Of a DNA stretch of 64,000 nucleotides, positions 37,826 to 52,488 are shown piece by piece. This DNA comes from the human T2T-CHM13v2.0 reference genome, Homo sapiens. Each line of letters starts with the position of its first letter. Position 1 is the stretch's first letter. The notes beneath the pieces were generated by a model that saw only the letters and a program-made list of their open reading frames with translations, did not search any database and was not told the origin of the DNA. The position numbers and the translations under genes were made by a program. The stretch lies in NCBI RefSeq assembly GCF_009914755.1, contig NC_060926.1. One strand, 5' to 3'.

Positions 37826-38745
37826 GTAATTTTTGCCCTTTCAATGACTTACAGTGGAGAGCCAGTACATCTTAACTACTGTTGTAGTGATGGTATCAAC
37901 CTCATGGTTACTTAGCTCTGCATTTGTTGCTTTGTTTTTTTTCCACTTCAAATCACAAAATAAGTAGATTTTGTTTTCTGAAAACTCCATAGCATTTGAA
38001 TACAAAAAGTTGTGCCAGATTGTTTGCCCTAATTCACTGTGTTTAACAAATATTTCAGTACACACTATGTATTAGGCACTGTGTGGAAAGTGTTAAGGGG
38101 TAGACAAAATACCGAATAATCTCCACAAGTTTATTTGTGGTCTATAGTACTTTTGTAACTGGGGTTACAAAAATTATAGAAATTTTTTTCCTTTGTTCAT
38201 ATGCATATTCATGATTATAATTTGGCTTTGTTTGTGATTAATGTTTTCTTAAGATTTTCACATTATAGAATACCTCAAAAGAAGTTGTCTAAGGACTGGG
38301 ATAGAGAGTATGTTTCATAAAATTGTAGATGTTTAGAATTTTTAAAAACCCTACAAATTAGTATATGATTGTTTTATATAAGTAAGATAGGAGCAACACT
38401 TTAAATTATTTGTGGGAGAATACAGCATTAAAGGTGATTTTAAAAGAAAAAAATTTGGAATTTTAGAAAATTTAAATGCTGTCAGGTATGGAATGCTGGG
38501 CTTCCAATCCTGGCCTCATTGTCTCCTCACCTGTGATGTTGGATGAGTTATTACACTTGAAATGTCTTTAAGCCTTAGGTTCCACAAGTATGAAAACAAG
38601 TAAGTAACAGTATCCTTTCTAGACTTGTTTAAGATTTCCATGTAAGTAATTATAATGACTTCTGACACATAATAATGTCGTCTTATACCCCAACAGTAGG
38701 AAAAAAATGCAGAATTCAGTATGAAAGTATTGTTACCCTTTAACA

Positions 38746-39070
38746 CAGTGGTCCCCAACCTTTTTGGCACCAGAGACCAGTCTCCTGGAAGACAGTTTTT
38801 CCGTGGGATCGGGGGATGGTTTTGGGATGAAACTGTTCCACCTCAGGTCATCAGTCATTAGTTAGATTCTCATAAGGAGCGTGCAACCTCAATCCCTTGC
38901 ATACTCATTTCACAATAGGGTTCATGCTCCTATGAGAATCTAATGCCACCACTCATCTGACAGGAGGTGGAGCTCAGGCAGTAAGTCTCCCTCGCCCGCC
39001 ACTCACCTGCTGGGCGTTCCTGTTCCTAGCAGGCCAGAATTGATACTGATCTAGGGGTTGGGGACCCCTG
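38746..39070. mobile_element. MER1B hAT-Charlie MITE
   Basis: TIRs CAGTGGTCCCCAACC / GGTTGGGGACCCCTG, flanked by imperfect ttaaca-containing duplications. Confidence 0.88.
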
Positions 39071-41294
39071 CTTAACATGTTGAGATTAAATGGAGAAAGA
39101 CTTAAGCTTTTACTTTTGTGATTGACACTTGCTTCAATAATGTAACCTTGTTCTGTGTTTTTATCATTTATTAACAAATTTCTTTTTTCTTAAGGGAAGC
39201 CTCCAAAATCAAAGAAAAGTGAGTTACAATCCATAATGAATATTTGCCTTACCAGCCTACTGGAACACATTCATCAAGAACTTAAGAGGAAGAAAGTTTT
39301 CTGCCTTCCTCCTTCCTAGTGCTCTCAGCTATCAACTTTGAAATAAGTTTAAACAACACCTACTGAAAACAAAAACCACTTAGTATAAAAATATCCCCCA
39401 CCAGAATTGGGTCCCCCATATCATTTCTACAAAACAGTTCTGGAGTGGATCAAAGTCTCATCAGATCAGCTTGCCCCTTCTTGTTTGGGCAGGTTCTAGG
39501 AGAAGCTGCTGTAATACAAAAACTGAAAGATGAAATCGTAAAGCTAGATAATGATAATGATATTTAGTGGGGAAGGCTACAGTATGTTTTCCCATAGGCA
39601 TTTAAACACTCACTTTTTCCAACGCTTTATACTTTGTCCCTATAGCCTTTGTAATTTTAACTTTGATGACAGTTTAACTTAGGATAACCTGAATATGGGT
39701 ATTACTGTTAGTCATTTGTATTTTTATCATTTAACATTTTAAATGAATGTTTAATTTGCTGGGTTGAGTAATGCCAAGGGAATGATGCTAAAAACAAATA
39801 GATGTGAGGTTAGTAAAAGATTAAAGTTACAATTTATGATACGAGAACTTCTTAACTATAGGAAAGTAGGTAAATGACCCTAAAAGGTTTTCTCAGAAGG
39901 TAAAAGTTTTACATCAGTCTGAAGACATATAACTCTAACATTTCAGTTTAGTTACTGAAATGACTTTTTCTGGTGTCATTGAGATACTGGCTGTTTGTTC
40001 CAAGCCATTTTAGGCTGAGAATGACTCTTAAGGTCTTCTAATGCATTTCAGAGGGTTCTAGAAACAACAAACTGAACATGATATGAAACTAACAACATAG
40101 AATGCCCCCCAAACAAATTCCTCTAACCTCACTGAGTTTACTTGCCCTATTACTATTTTTTTTTTTTAAGATCTTCTGTCTCTTGTTTTTGTTTTATCCC
40201 TTACCTGATGAAAGTGAACATTTCTAGTGGAGAAAGAAGATCACAGTTCTCTAATATGGGCATTAAGAGAGGGGTACAGCTAGAGGGGAGGTGAAAACCT
40301 GCCTCCACTGGGGTGAAAAACAGTGTGCTGAGGTTTCAGCCAGTGATTACACTGGGTAATCAACCAGTCCCATGTTTCACAAAGGAGTTGTAATGATTAA
40401 CAGTTCAGGTATGCTTCTGAGGAAATCTAATTGAGACCTTTGGAAAATAGCATTGTTATGAATGGTGTGGTGTTACGCCCTGAGGGAAAAGCTAGAAAAA
40501 CATTTTACTTTTCAAGTGTATTTAAATTACATCCAAATGTTTCAGTGTGCTTTACTGGAGACTGCCTGAGTTTGGAATTCAAATATTGTAACCAAATTAC
40601 TCCAGGTTTCTGAACTAAAATGATCTATTGATGTTTCTCAAAGTATAGATCACAGAGTAAGAAAAGAGGAAATCAAGTCTGGTTTATGACAAACTTTTTT
40701 CCATGTTAACATTGGACCCAAAGATGTTACTAAGAGCTTTTTACTACTGTGAGAGAACCAGCGTGATGTGAAGACAACGAACATTTTAAGAAGTTTGACT
40801 AGTAGACATTTCGTTTAAGTCTTTTGGAGGGTCTTGGTTGACAACCCACAATTTTATTGTGGCTCCCCAGGCTTTGAGAACGTGTGGGCTTGGATGATCA
40901 TTGTTGACCTATAAAAGAGCACAGGTCTCTTGAGAGTTTATTGACACACTACTGATCAGACCCCCACAATATGTCTCAACCTCTGTTGAAGGGCTAGTGA
41001 TGTTTAAAAAAACCTGTTATTTCCAATCAGAAATTGAAGTTATGTCTCTTACTCCATCAAAATTTATGCTTTTCAGCATTGGGTAAGTCTAGTTTCTTGG
41101 TTTGTATATTAAATGCATATTGAGTAAAATTCTTAGTGATTTAGAAACCATCTACATGAGGCTTCCCAGGAACTTGTTAAAAGTACAGGTTGCACCTCTG
41201 CATTACTAGAATAACATCAGTGTACATTTGGGAGATCTGCATTTGAAACCCTGAGGTTGTCTGCCTCCTGCCCTTGAGATCTTCCCTTGTATTG

Positions 41295-41298
<4 letters not shown>

Positions 41299-41347
<49 letters not shown>
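41299..41347. repeat. (TA)n plus poly-T microsatellite
   Basis: Direct inspection. Confidence 0.9.
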
Positions 41348-41428
41348 CCCTCAGTTTCTTTTACCTTTGTGAGGCTAATATATGCTGACGTGTTGGATTG
41401 TAAAACAAAAAATTGTGCTTAAAAGAAT

Positions 41429-41447
41429 GTCCCTCCAGAGGGCAGAA
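41429..41447 (+). promoter_or_regulatory. CTCF-like motif
   Basis: CCTCCAGAGGGCAG, one mismatch to the core consensus. Confidence 0.45.
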
Positions 41448-42010
41448 TTGTTGGGTAAAGCATATAGCGCAGAGCAGAATAAGAGGTTCAGTATGGCCTC
41501 TGGATGAGGGTATTGCAAATTTTGAATTAGGCTCAAATAAAATGATTTAAATTATATATCAATTCGAGGATCAGATATTAATTGGGAGGTCACATGACTT
41601 TCCTTGAGCCTATCTAGATAAAAGTAAAATGCTTTTTTTCCTACGTTTTTGAAAATTTAGAGTTTATTGTTGCTCATCTCAGCAAATTAATGTTACCAGC
41701 ATCTTCTGCCTTCCTCCTGTCCCTCAATTCCCTACTTTACTAAAAGAAGGCTGGCCAAATTGAAAAGTAGTTGAGTTGGAGACTTGATAAATACTTTTGA
41801 AAATACTTAGAGAAACCACCCTTCATCTTCCACGTAAAGATCTCAGTTCTGTACAGAGAGGCAACTACAATGAGTATTTTCTGCAAGTAACATGGAAATC
41901 ATGATTTGATTGCCATGTGTTTCTAATGTTCAGTATTAAATGTTTATAGCCCTCGTAGGAAACAAACTTCTAAGTTGCTGGACTACTTGAATAGAAAGGT
42001 AGTCAGCACA

Positions 42011-42030
42011 ACTAGTGCCATCTACTGGGT
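42011..42030 (-). promoter_or_regulatory. CTCF-like motif
   Basis: Reverse complement ACCCAGTAGATGGCACTAGT fits the core CCASYAGRKGGCRS fully. Confidence 0.6.
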
Positions 42031-43304
42031 CATTGCTGCATAGTTTCTGTCTGTTTAGAAATCTGGCTTAGTTTAACACGTGGGGGAAATGGTTCTGTTC
42101 CAATGAATAGCGATTTTTGCCTGATAGTGGTGTTAAGTATGATATGGAAAATCCTTAAGGGGCAGTTGGGCCATTTGTTTAGTTTATGAACAATCAACAC
42201 TGACATTAAATTTCAGTTAAGTAGATGAAACCCTGAACTGCCCCTAAAGCTATAGAAAATATGGGAAAGGTTGCCAAGTTTTGTATTCTCATCACATTTG
42301 TCAATATTGTTGGTGAGAAGTGTAAACTGTTAAAAATGCCTTTTGGTGAGTGGTGGTTTGGTAAAAACAATTGAAGTAGAACACGACACTGCCCTTAGAA
42401 ATTTCATTCCTTTACCCAATGGTATTTGGTAAAATCCTGGCCAAATGACTGCTGCTGTTGTAATTATGTGAGCTTTGCAGAACATAACCTATTTTAAATG
42501 CCAGAATGTGCTTCCATGAAGAAGAACATGGTTTTGGGCTGAGGAGATCTTGGTTTGAGTCCTGGATCTATTTACTGGCTCCAGGACCATGAACCTCGTT
42601 ATAAAATGATAGTGGGGCTATGTACTCATAGTGTTAGGAGGACTATGTGAGCTAATGTATGCAAAACATCTGCTCCATATCTAAGGGTCAACAAATGTTA
42701 AGCCCTTTCTCCATCAGCATTGGAAATAAGTTAAAATACTGTTCATTTCTCCATGCCATTATTAGAAAACAATCTTCTATAATTTAAAATCTGAAATATT
42801 AAGCAATTTATGTGAATTATTACAATTATGTTCTTTTTTAAACAGTCAAACCAAGTTTTTCCTGTCTTGTCTGGGCACAGACAAGCACTTATGCTGACGG
42901 TTTACCGTGACAGCATGTAGGGTTGGGTCTTCATTACAAAGATCTGCCCACTAGCTGAGTACACTGGTGTTTTTCCATTCACCTCTGCCCAGCAGGACAA
43001 GATGATGAAAGTACAGAGAACTTGTGGGTCCAGGTTTGTGTCAGAAAGGAGGTTAGTGGCTTGCTTAGGGCCAGGCAGAGGGCACATTGGAAGGAATTCT
43101 CTGTTCCCGGTGACAGCCCTTGGAATTGCTGTGCACCCAGAGTTGCGGAGTAATTTATTGGCTTCTGATAACTATAGTATTGGATAACTTCCCAACATTT
43201 TATTAAAAATTTTAAACATATAGGCATGTTGAAAGAATTTATACTCACCACCTAGATTTTGCCACTATCACATATCTGTGCATCCTATTAATACATTTTT
43301 AATT

Positions 43305-43595
43305 ATTTTTTTTTTGAGACAGAGTTTCTTTTACTCAGGCTGGATTGCAATGGTGCAATCTCAGCTCACTGCAACCTCTGCCTCCAAGATTGAGGCGATT
43401 CTCCCACCTCAGGCTCCTGAATAGCTGGGACTACAGAGGGGAGCCACCATGCCTGGTTAATTTTTGTATTTTTGGTAAAGAAGGGGTTTCATCATGTTGC
43501 CCCAGGCTGGCCTTGAACTCCTGGGCTCAAGTGATCCTCTGGCCTCAGCCTCCCAAAGTGCTAGGATTACAGGCATGAGTCACCGTGCCCAGCCA
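43305..43595 (-). mobile_element. AluJ
   Basis: Antisense Alu with gaactcctgggctcaagtgatc, embedded in old antisense L1. Confidence 0.9.
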
Positions 43596-45500
43596 GCCAT
43601 TAATGCATTTTTAATATATTTTTAGTCAATTGCAGACATCGTACAATTTTCCCTAAACGTTGCAACATGCCTATTCATTACAGTTCAGTATTTTTCAGGA
43701 TTTTTTTTTTTTTGTAAAATTTACAAAGAAATGTGGAAATCTTAGTTGTGCATTAGTTGAGTTTTAACAAATACCTAGGCTTTATCGCAACCTCTATCAA
43801 GATACAGAACATTGCTGTCATTCTAGAAGCCTCTGTAATGTGCCTTCCCCAGTCAATCTCTTTTTCCATGGCCCCAGCAGCCATCATTCTTTCAATACTT
43901 TAAAAAACATTCTTATCTGAAGGGAAATTTCATATGTGCCAAAGTCATCTCTAGATTTCTCCAAGTCTTAACCATGCCAGAGTACAGCCAAACCTAGCCC
44001 TTCATGCATCTCAAATAAAGTTCTAAGATCTTGGTATTTTATTCTTCCCTGTTTCAACTTAGCTCCAACTCTTTTTTTCTTTTTTCCATCAAGATTTAAA
44101 CCTGTCATCCTTGACATTTGGGGCAGAAACTGCTGAAATGAAGGAGGACTTGCCATCAAAGAACTGGCTGAAAGGAGTTAGCACACCACTCCTCTGCCCT
44201 GAACAGTTCTAAGCAAGAGGAGGAGCCTGTGGCAGGGCGTGATATGAAGTCCTCAGAGATAGAGTGCCAAGAGTAGAGGGAGTATCCTGGAACTTCAGTG
44301 TTTGCAGGTCAGTTGCTCAGTTCTTCAGAAGATATTGATTCTTAGGCTCTAATTTTCTTAAGGTATGAGCTGAACTGAAGTGCTCTCTCCTCCTTAGGAT
44401 TTTGTACTCCAAGGTTGGCATTCAGAATCCGCATAGCCAGAGAGTGTAAGTTACTTGTCAAGTAAAGACACCCCGCCCCCCGCTACAACCCCCCACCCTG
44501 AGTCTACAGGGAAATATTCCTGAGTGAAACAGACTAAAAAAATATAGTCATGTGTCCTTTCCCAGTCCATGTGCACGTGCACGTATATACACGAACACAT
44601 GACACATTATCACTGCCATCAGAGGTGTTTCTGCATTGAACTCCACATATCTGAGTCACATGCATATCAGGTCTTTGCTTTTCTTTCTCATCAATTGTTT
44701 AAGGATTCTCTCCTTCCACTTCTTTAATGGGCTGCCTATACTTTGTTGAGCACTAACTATATGCCAAGTACTATGCTAGTGAGTTACCTATGAAAGACCC
44801 TGAGAGGGAGGTTTTGTTATCCCCATGGGAAGGATTGAGTAGTTTGCATGAGATCACACAACTAGGCGGTGACTGAGTCCAACACACCAAAGCCTATACT
44901 ATTACAGTTGAGCAATAGTGAAACATTGAGGCTGCTGCTGACAGTGGATGGTGCTTCATAGAGGATATAGAATTGGAGTTAGTTTTGAAAGGGAGTGTAT
45001 GCAGAGGGGAAGATGGAGAACAAAATATGGAATTTGACTAATTTACATTTTTACCTGAGATTAGTCATACTTTAAATGTCAACTTATTACAAACCCAATT
45101 AGTCAAATTTAAGTCTACAGAAGTGGTATCAGATCAACAGGGAAATTATGGACTCTTGGGTATTGGGATAACTGGATACTCTCCCTAACCACCACACAAA
45201 CAGTAAAAAACCATGGGTGAATTCTATTAAGAATGGAGAAAATTTTCCAAAAATGGCTCAAAGTCCAGAAGCATTAAAGGAAAGATTGATCAATTTGACT
45301 ACATTTACATGTTAAAAAATAAAATGACAACTGGGAAAAACATTTGTAACATCACAAAGGGCTAATATTCCTAACATAAAAAGAACTTGTATAAATAGAG
45401 AAGACAAAACACACTATGGAAAAGTGGGCAAAAGATATGGACAGTTCACAGAAAAAAAGTTCAAATGGCCCTTAAGTATATAAAAAGATGCTCAACTTCA

Positions 45501-46403
<903 letters not shown>

Positions 46404-46427
46404 CCCACGTTTAGGAATGTCTCTCCA

Positions 46428-46944
46428 TGGTAGATGATTTGCAAATAGACGGTGGTATACCCATTCCATGGAAGCAGGGAAATATGTTTGCACGTCTTTG
46501 GTTAGTCCTCTTCTTTTCTACTGACAGTGGGCTTGTCCATGTGTCCTGCATGATCAAAATGACAATAGCAAACTTGATGGCCACAGAAGATTGAAAAGTG
46601 CTTGGGCATTGAGCTTGCTCTCTCTTGAAGTGCTTGGAGCCCTGAGACTGCCATGAGACCATATAAATGATCACTAGCTAGCCTGCTGGAGGATGAGAGG
46701 TCACTTGAGAAACCTTGGCTCACAGCCTGCTTACACCAGACACATGGATGAGTCTGTCTTAGACTATCCAGCTCCAGCTGAGTTGCCAGCTGACTTCAGT
46801 CACATGAGTGAGAACAACAGAAGGACAGCACTGAGCTCTGCCAAAATTGCTGACCTACAGAATCTTGAGCTAATGAATGATTGTAGCTTTATGCCATTAA
46901 GTTCTGAGGCAGTGTGCTATACATAGCAAAAGCTAACTGATACA
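46428..46944 (+). mobile_element. MLT1 solo LTR
   Basis: Ends ctatacatagcaaaagctaactgataca, the MLT1 3' terminus. Confidence 0.75.
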
Positions 46945-47414
46945 AAACTAAAGATACAATGGCACAAACATGAAAAGACATGTTCACCGAAGCATTGCCT
47001 ATAATAGTTAAAGACTGGAAACGACTCAGATGTCCACCAACTCAGGAGTGGTTGAACCTACTACAGTGCATTCACCCCGTGGAATACTAAGCAGCTCCAA
47101 CAGGGGTAGGAAATTTGTATACTTTCATAAAATGATCTTTAGGATATATTGTTAAGTGAAAAAAACAAGGTGTAGAATAGTTAATAGAGTATGCTACCTC
47201 TTATTTAATAAAGGGAGAATATAAATATGTATTTTGCTTTTATTTAGAAAATGAAAGAATAAGAAACCACTAAAATGATTTTTTAGAAGAAAGCAAGGGG
47301 ACACAGATGGAAGTTAGATTTCTCTAAATTTACTTTGTTTTGTAGCTAGAACTTTAGAACCATGTCAATGTTTTACACACGTCACACTTATAATCAAGAT
47401 AAAAAATACTTATA

Positions 47415-48470
47415 CAGTGATGTGTCACTTAATGACAGGGATATATTCTGAGAAATGGTGCCGTTAGGCACTTTTGTCCCTGTGCCAACATCATAGAATA
47501 TACCTACTGCACACCTAGGCTATATGATGTAGTCTATTGCTCCTAAGCTACAAACCTGTATAGCATGTTACTGTACTGAATACTGTAGGCAATTGTAACA
47601 GAATGGTAAACATTTGTGTATCTAAACATAGAAAAGGTACAGTAAAAACACAGTATAAAAGTCAAAAAATGGTACACTTGCAAGGGCACTTACCAGGAAT
47701 GGAGCTTAGAGGTTGGAAGTTGCTCTGTATGAGTCAGTGAGTGAGTGGTGAGTGAATGTGGAGGCCTAGGAAATTATTCTACACTACTGTAGAATTTATG
47801 AACATTTGGGCTACACTAAATTTATAAAAAACATTTTCTTCTTCAATAATGAGTTAGCTCACTGTAACTTACTTTTTAAACTTTTTAAATGTTTTTTAAG
47901 TTTTTAACTCTTGTAATAACACTTAGCTTAAAACACACATTGTACAGCTGTACAAAAATATTTTCTTTATGTCATTCTATAAGCTTTTTAAAATATTTTC
48001 AAATGTATTTTTTTTTTTAAAGCTTAAAAAAAACATGTAAGACACCCACATATTAGCCTAGACCTACACAGGGTCAGGATCATTAATATCAGTGTCTTCC
48101 ATCTCCACATCTTGTCCCACTGGAAGGTCTTGAGGGGCAATAACATGTATGGAGCTGTCATTTCCTATGATAACAATGCCTTCTGGAAGGCTTCCTGAAG
48201 GACCTGCCTGAGGCTCTTTTTGAGGCAGTGTCACTCTTTTCAGAAATATGTCCATGGTGGTTTACCCAATTTGCTTCTTTTTTATTCATAGATTTGCATA
48301 TGTAATGCATTGCGCTATACCATTAAGACAGCTATGATGTCACTGCAGTTACAGTGTCACTAGGTGATAGAAATTGTCCAGCTCCATTACAACCTTATGG
48401 AACCACTGGTGCATACGTGGTTCATTGTGGTCCATTGTTGACTGAAACAATGTTATGAGGTGCGTAACTA
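47415..48470. mobile_element. Tigger3 (Golem)-family non-autonomous DNA transposon
   Basis: Termini cagtgatgtgtcacttaatgac / gttatgaggtgcgtaacta flanked by TA; internal Tigger3b-like sequence. Confidence 0.8.
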
Positions 48471-49192
48471 TATATCCAAAGCAAAAGCTAAATGAAATAA
48501 ATGAAACTAATTGTGTTGGTGTCCTAAACACACAGAGGAGAATTACTTCAAGTATTTTTAAAACACAGTCACTTGTCTATGCATTTTTAGTGGATATGCC
48601 CTAAAGTATGAAACTAAATTAAAAATAAATAAAAAATTAAAAATAAAATTAATTTACAAATAGTATTAATATTGAATAATAATATATGTTAATATTGTTA
48701 CTCTGAATCTATTATATACATTTTGGAGGATAAATAACATGCAATTTTGTTAATATTAGGAATCAAGAAACTATATATATAAAATCAAAGCTGCTAAATA
48801 AAATTATAAATTGTGTTTATAATTACAAATTTGAATTGGAAATATCATTATAAAATCATAATGTATTTCCTTTACAGAAGCACATTTTCTAGCCCTGTTA
48901 TTTGAAAATCAGTAATGAGCACCCTTAGAATGCAGATTATAGTCTCTAAATGCAATTTTCTGCTAAAAGGAATAAGAATTCCTTGGAGAAATGACGAATG
49001 TATGAGATGAGCTGAAAACATCTTGTTGAACATGAAATAAAGGAAACCCTTAAAAAATACTGCATTTTTAAGGACTTAGGAGCCAATTTAAAGGGATTAT
49101 TTCTTGCCAAAGATGGGAAATTGTGTATACCAAAACAACAGTTGTGATAAATTGAAATTCATATTAAAATCTGAGAGTTTAAAATTACACTT

Positions 49193-49492
49193 GGCCAGAT
49201 GTGGTGGCTCATGGCTGTAATCCTAACACTTTGTGAGGCTGATTGGGAGGATTGCTTGATCCCAGGGATTTGAGACCAGCTTGGACAACATGGTGAGACC
49301 CCATCTCTACACAAAATTAAAAAAATTAGCTGGGTGTGGTGGCGCATGCCTATGGTTGCAGCTACTGAGGGGGCTGATGAGGGAGGGTCCTGTGAACCCC
49401 GGAGATCGAGGCTTCAGTGAGCCATGTTCATGCCACTGCATTCCAGCCTGGATAAGAGAGCAAGACCCTTTCTCCAAGGAAAAAAAAAAAAA
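49193..49492 (+). mobile_element. AluJ
   Basis: Diverged dimeric Alu with poly(A). Confidence 0.9.
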
Positions 49493-50230
49493 ATATATAT
49501 ATATGTATATGTACATATGTGTGTGTATATATACACATATGTATGTATACACACATATATACACATATGTATGTATACACACACATATACACATATGTAT
49601 GTATACACATATACACATATGTATACATATATACACATATGTATGTATACACATATGCATACATATACACACATATGCATACATACACACATATGTATAC
49701 ACATATGTGCACATACACACATGTGTATACATACACACATGTACACACACATATATGTACACATACACACGCATATGTATACACACATGTATACATATAC
49801 ACACATATGTATACATATACACACATATGTATACACACATATGTATACATATACACACATATATGTATACATACACACATGTATACATACACACGCATAT
49901 GTATACATACACACGCATATGTATACATACACACGCATATGTATACATATACACACATATATGTATACATATACACACATATGTATATACACACATATGT
50001 ATACATATACACACATATGTATATACACACATGTATACATATACACACATATGTATATACACACATATGTATACATATACACACATATGTATATACACAC
50101 ATATGTATACATATACACACATATGTATATACACACATATGTATACATATACACACATATATGTATACATATACACATATATGTATACATATACACACAT
50201 ATATGTATACATATATATACACATATATAC
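49493..50230. repeat. Complex (TA/CA/TG)n tandem repeat
   Basis: About 740 bp of ATGTATACATATACACAC-type units. Confidence 0.97.
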
Positions 50231-51825
50231 TCAAAACACACACCGAAAACTCATTGTTCTGAAAATAGATAAATAAAAAGAATAGAATATTTATATTGTC
50301 TATCCTATAAAAACCATGCCTCAGGGTAATCTAATAGTTGATATGGAAAAGTTCTTTTTTATAAGAAATTCCAGCTAATAAATTAAGAAGGAATGACAGC
50401 ATTATAATATCACCATTTTGCTACTTCTAAGGAAATAATGAATCTATGAAATGATCACCAATGTCCTCTAAATCATTTTGGAAAATTGATGAATGCTTTC
50501 TAATAAATGGATCTAGTTGACAATTCAGAACCACCTTGATCAATCACAAAACACTAGACAACCATACATTATGCACCTCCTGATATGAAGCAATAAGAAG
50601 AACTAACACTAGTATTCTTTAAAAAAAAATTGATCCTGACTGTATTCGGGTCTCTATATCTACCAGTTTATGGAAATTAGAGTGCAGAGAACAAGTTAAA
50701 TAATCCCATAGGAAACAATGTCTGAAACCCTGTAAGATCAACAGCCATGTTTCTTCAACAAATAAATTGCAAGGAAATTAAACGGGTGATGATTGTGGAA
50801 AGTCCTCTCAAGGGAAACCTAAACTAAATGCAATGTGTGAACCTTATTTGAATTTTGTTGTGAAAGAATCCACTGGATAAAAGTATTCAATGGACATTTG
50901 GGAAAATCTGAACTGTGATTAGATATTGATGATATTAAGAAATGGGTCACTTTTTTCCCAGTGTGACATGGCTTGTTGTCTATGTTGAAGAGTCCTAATA
51001 TTTTGGAGATACCTGTTGTGTCCTGTTCTAGTTTCCAGTTCCACATTTAAGGAGCCTGGACGTCACCACTCTACCCTAACGACAAGTAAAAAAGCCGAAC
51101 AAACTGAAAAGTTAACAGCTCTTCTTAGATCTGTAAGAACAGTGAGGTCATAGAGCAAACCACTGCCCCGCAGATTTGTAGAGTCAGGCAAATACAAAGA
51201 ATCACAACTTACCAGAGCAAAAACCCAGGAGCAGAAACCTCCATGGGAACCAGTGCAGGATAGGAAAACTTGAACTGTAGTGGATGATTTGCTGGAGGCT
51301 CAGAGTGACAAGTGTAAGAGATTAAAAACACCAGGAAAATCCAGTCACTGAGGGGCTCCCACACTTTTGTGAGTTTTATCTCCTGGAGCTCTACCAGATT
51401 CTCATAGTGAATATCAAAGAAAAATCCTCTCCCGCTTCTGGCAGAGGGAAGGGAAAAGTAGTCATTTTGAAATAAACCAGAGAATTCTGTTCTGAATACA
51501 TGAATGATAAAAAAGTGAAACAGCCTATTGCTGATATATAGAAAGTTTTAGTGGTCTATATAGAAGATCAAACAAGCTATAACATTCCCTTAAGCCAAAA
51601 CCTAATCCAGAATAAGTCCTAACTCTCTTCAATTCTGTGTAGCCTGATAGAGGTGAGGAAGCTGCAGAAGAAGAGTTGGAAGCTAGCAGAGGTCAGTTTA
51701 TAAAATTTAAGGAAAGAAGCTAAGTCCATAACATAAAAGTGCAAGGTAAAGCAGCAAGTGCTGACGTAGAAGCTGCAGCAAGTTCTCCAGAAGATCTAGC
51801 TAAGATAATTCATTGAAGAAGGTGG

Positions 51826-52227
51826 TGCTATAGTTTGAATGTTTATCCTTCTAAACCTTTTGTTGAAATTTGTTCCCCAGCGTTGGAGGTGGGACCTAAC
51901 AGGAGGTGTTTGAGTCATGGGGGCAGATCCCTTAAGAAGGACTTGGTGCCGTCCTTGTGGAAATGAGTGAGTTCTTGTTCTGTTGGTTTCTGTGAGCATC
52001 TGGCACCTCCCCTCTCTCCTGCTTTCCCTCTTGACATATGATCTCTACACACCAGCTCCCCTTTGTTTTCTGCCATGAGGGGAGGCTTCCTGAGCTCTTC
52101 ATTAGAAGCAGATGTTGGCAACACATTCTTGTGCAGCCTGCAGAACCATGAGCCAAATAAACCTCTTTTCTTTGTAAATTACCCAGTGTCAAGTATTCCT
52201 TGATAGCAACACAAACAGAGGAAGACA
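51826..52227 (+). mobile_element. MST solo LTR inside Tigger1
   Basis: TG...CA termini with perfect 5-bp TSD GGTGG (51821-51825 and 52228-52232). Confidence 0.9.
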
Positions 52228-52260
52228 GGTGGCTACATTAAACAACAGATTTTCAATGCA

Positions 52261-52488
52261 CAGTTGACCCTTGAGCAACACGATTTGAGCCTGTGCAGGT
52301 TCACTTTTACATTAATTATTTTCAATCAAATGCAGATTGAAAATACAGTATTCATGGGATGTGAAACCCACATATATAGAGAGCCATCTTTTCATATATG
52401 CAGGTTCCACAGAGCTGACTGTGGGACTTGAGCATGTATGTATTTGGGTATAGGTAGAAGGTCCTGGAGGCAAGACTGAAGGATGATT
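52261..52488. mobile_element. MER8 (Tigger-family MITE) inside Tigger1
   Basis: Starts CAGTTGACCCTTGAGCAACAC; internal MER8-like sequence. Confidence 0.75.

Noticed and set aside
49281-50276. Six long ORFs (247-331 aa) on both strands
   Set aside because: Artefact of the RY-alternating repeat, which cannot contain stop codons; the peptides are low-complexity H/T/Y/I/C/V/M strings.
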